A stretch of DNA of 37,431 nucleotides, taken from assembly GCF_001194135.2 (NCBI RefSeq), contig NC_069001.1:38903273-38940703 (forward strand). The letters run 5' to 3'. This DNA comes from Octopus bimaculoides (Eukaryota). Under the pieces are notes generated by a model. The model was not told the origin of the DNA and searched no databases. It saw only the letters and a program-made list of their open reading frames with translations. The translations under genes and the position numbers were made by a program. How positions within the stretch are numbered: the first letter of the stretch is position 1; each line of letters opens with the position of its first letter. Positions 35,954 to 37,431 of this stretch are shown in pieces.

Positions 35954-36509
35954 AATGTTTCGTAACATGGCACGGACGAAACACAGAATTCTAAGAGCCA
36001 CCAGTCACTGCAATGATACAAAACACATTGTATTTAGCATAAATGCAAAATGACTACCTAGCGCTTCCACTTAATTTCACGAACCAAATCAACCTAATTT
36101 TGTCCTGTATCGGCCTTCCATACATTGTATATATATATAAAGAGATTATATCTAAATTTGAATCGTTGGTGTAACCCTGATGTTCTGCTGATCTCATGAG
36201 ACAGCGTTCTTTATTTGCATTGATTTGTGAACATACAGTTGTATGGTATAATACCTAGAAGACATATTAATGTAAACATGTACGCATGATTTCTTCCATA
36301 CTGAAATTAATTCTACATGAAGAAGGTTGCGAAACAGCCATAATCCTAAAGGAGTCACGTGATTAAATAATTATGTATCCACCTCTCGATAGTGACCACC
36401 AGTATTGGTAGAAATAGGTGTGAAACCAACTCATGGCCATGATAAGCACCGTCTTATTGACTAACTCGGGAGGCAACCTCCCTCAGCACCGAGCATAGAC
36501 ACATCACCA

Positions 36510-36562
<53 letters not shown>

Positions 36563-36820
36563 ATATGTATACACATATCACATACATATATACATGCATT
36601 CATATATACATACATACAAACATATCTTTTCATAGCCATAATTTTTAACTAGATGACATATATATATATATATATATATANNNNNNNNNNNNNNNNNNNN
36701 NNNNNNNNNNNNNNNNNNNNNNNNNNNNNNNNNNNNNNNNNNNNNNNNNNNNNNNNNNNNNNNNNNNNNNNNNNNNNNNNNNNNNNNNNNNNNNNNNNNN
36801 NNNNNNNNNNNNNNNNNNNN

Positions 36821-36881
<61 letters not shown>

Positions 36882-37431
36882 ATATACGCGGTTATAGTAT
36901 ACACAGTACGGGAGAGAAATAGAATAAAGAACAATAAGACATATGAAATAAACGCGTACGTTTTCCGCCATGTTAATCTTTTAAGCGCTCTTCTGAGTTT
37001 CAAGAAGACATTTTAATAATCGTTTGTGGTTAGTGTAACATAGGAAGGAAAGAGATTGCGCTGGCTTTTCTAGTTTATTCCGATAAAACAGCGTGGCTTG
37101 AAAAGTGTATAATAGATACAATTGTATCATATGTAACAGACAACAATAGCAATAAAGTACTCAATACGGGGTGTAATGTATCAGTAAAACAAACTAGCAG
37201 AATACGAACAAAAAAATGTGTTTGTTCTTTTCTATTCTGTAGTTGACTTGTATGTGCGTGCATATATTATCTATACACACACACACATTTATATATATAC
37301 ATACACACACACACATATACAAGCCATACATATACACCAGATATATATATATATATGCTTGTTTTCAACAAACCTGAGCAAACACAAGTGTGTGTGTGTA
37401 TATGTATATATATATATATACGTTATATATA

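Overview
AT-rich, microsatellite-saturated animal genomic DNA with 11 N-gaps. Repeat content and style point to an octopus/coleoid cephalopod short-read scaffold (inference, no database check). I cannot support any intact host protein-coding gene; almost all ORF-track entries are microsatellite translations or N read-throughs. Recognisable content is transposon debris: decayed mariner, Tc1 (DD34E) and maT (DD37D) transposases, RTE, R4/Dong and probable Hero LINE relics, and many copies of four short retroposon (SINE-like) families, here A-D. The best signals are RNA-structural. (1) A 361-bp unit bounded by 40-bp direct repeats (9600-10000) carries a minimal type I hammerhead ribozyme on the minus strand, at the tip of a long hairpin; it resembles a retrozyme or Penelope-derived element. 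(2) Family D copies carry a decayed HDV-like ribozyme fold at the 5' end, and five lie head-to-tail at 27180-28210. (3) A 29-bp minisatellite has grown out of the RT coding sequence of an R4/Dong LINE. A pair of RFX X-box motifs at 3696-3883 marks a possible cis-regulatory site.
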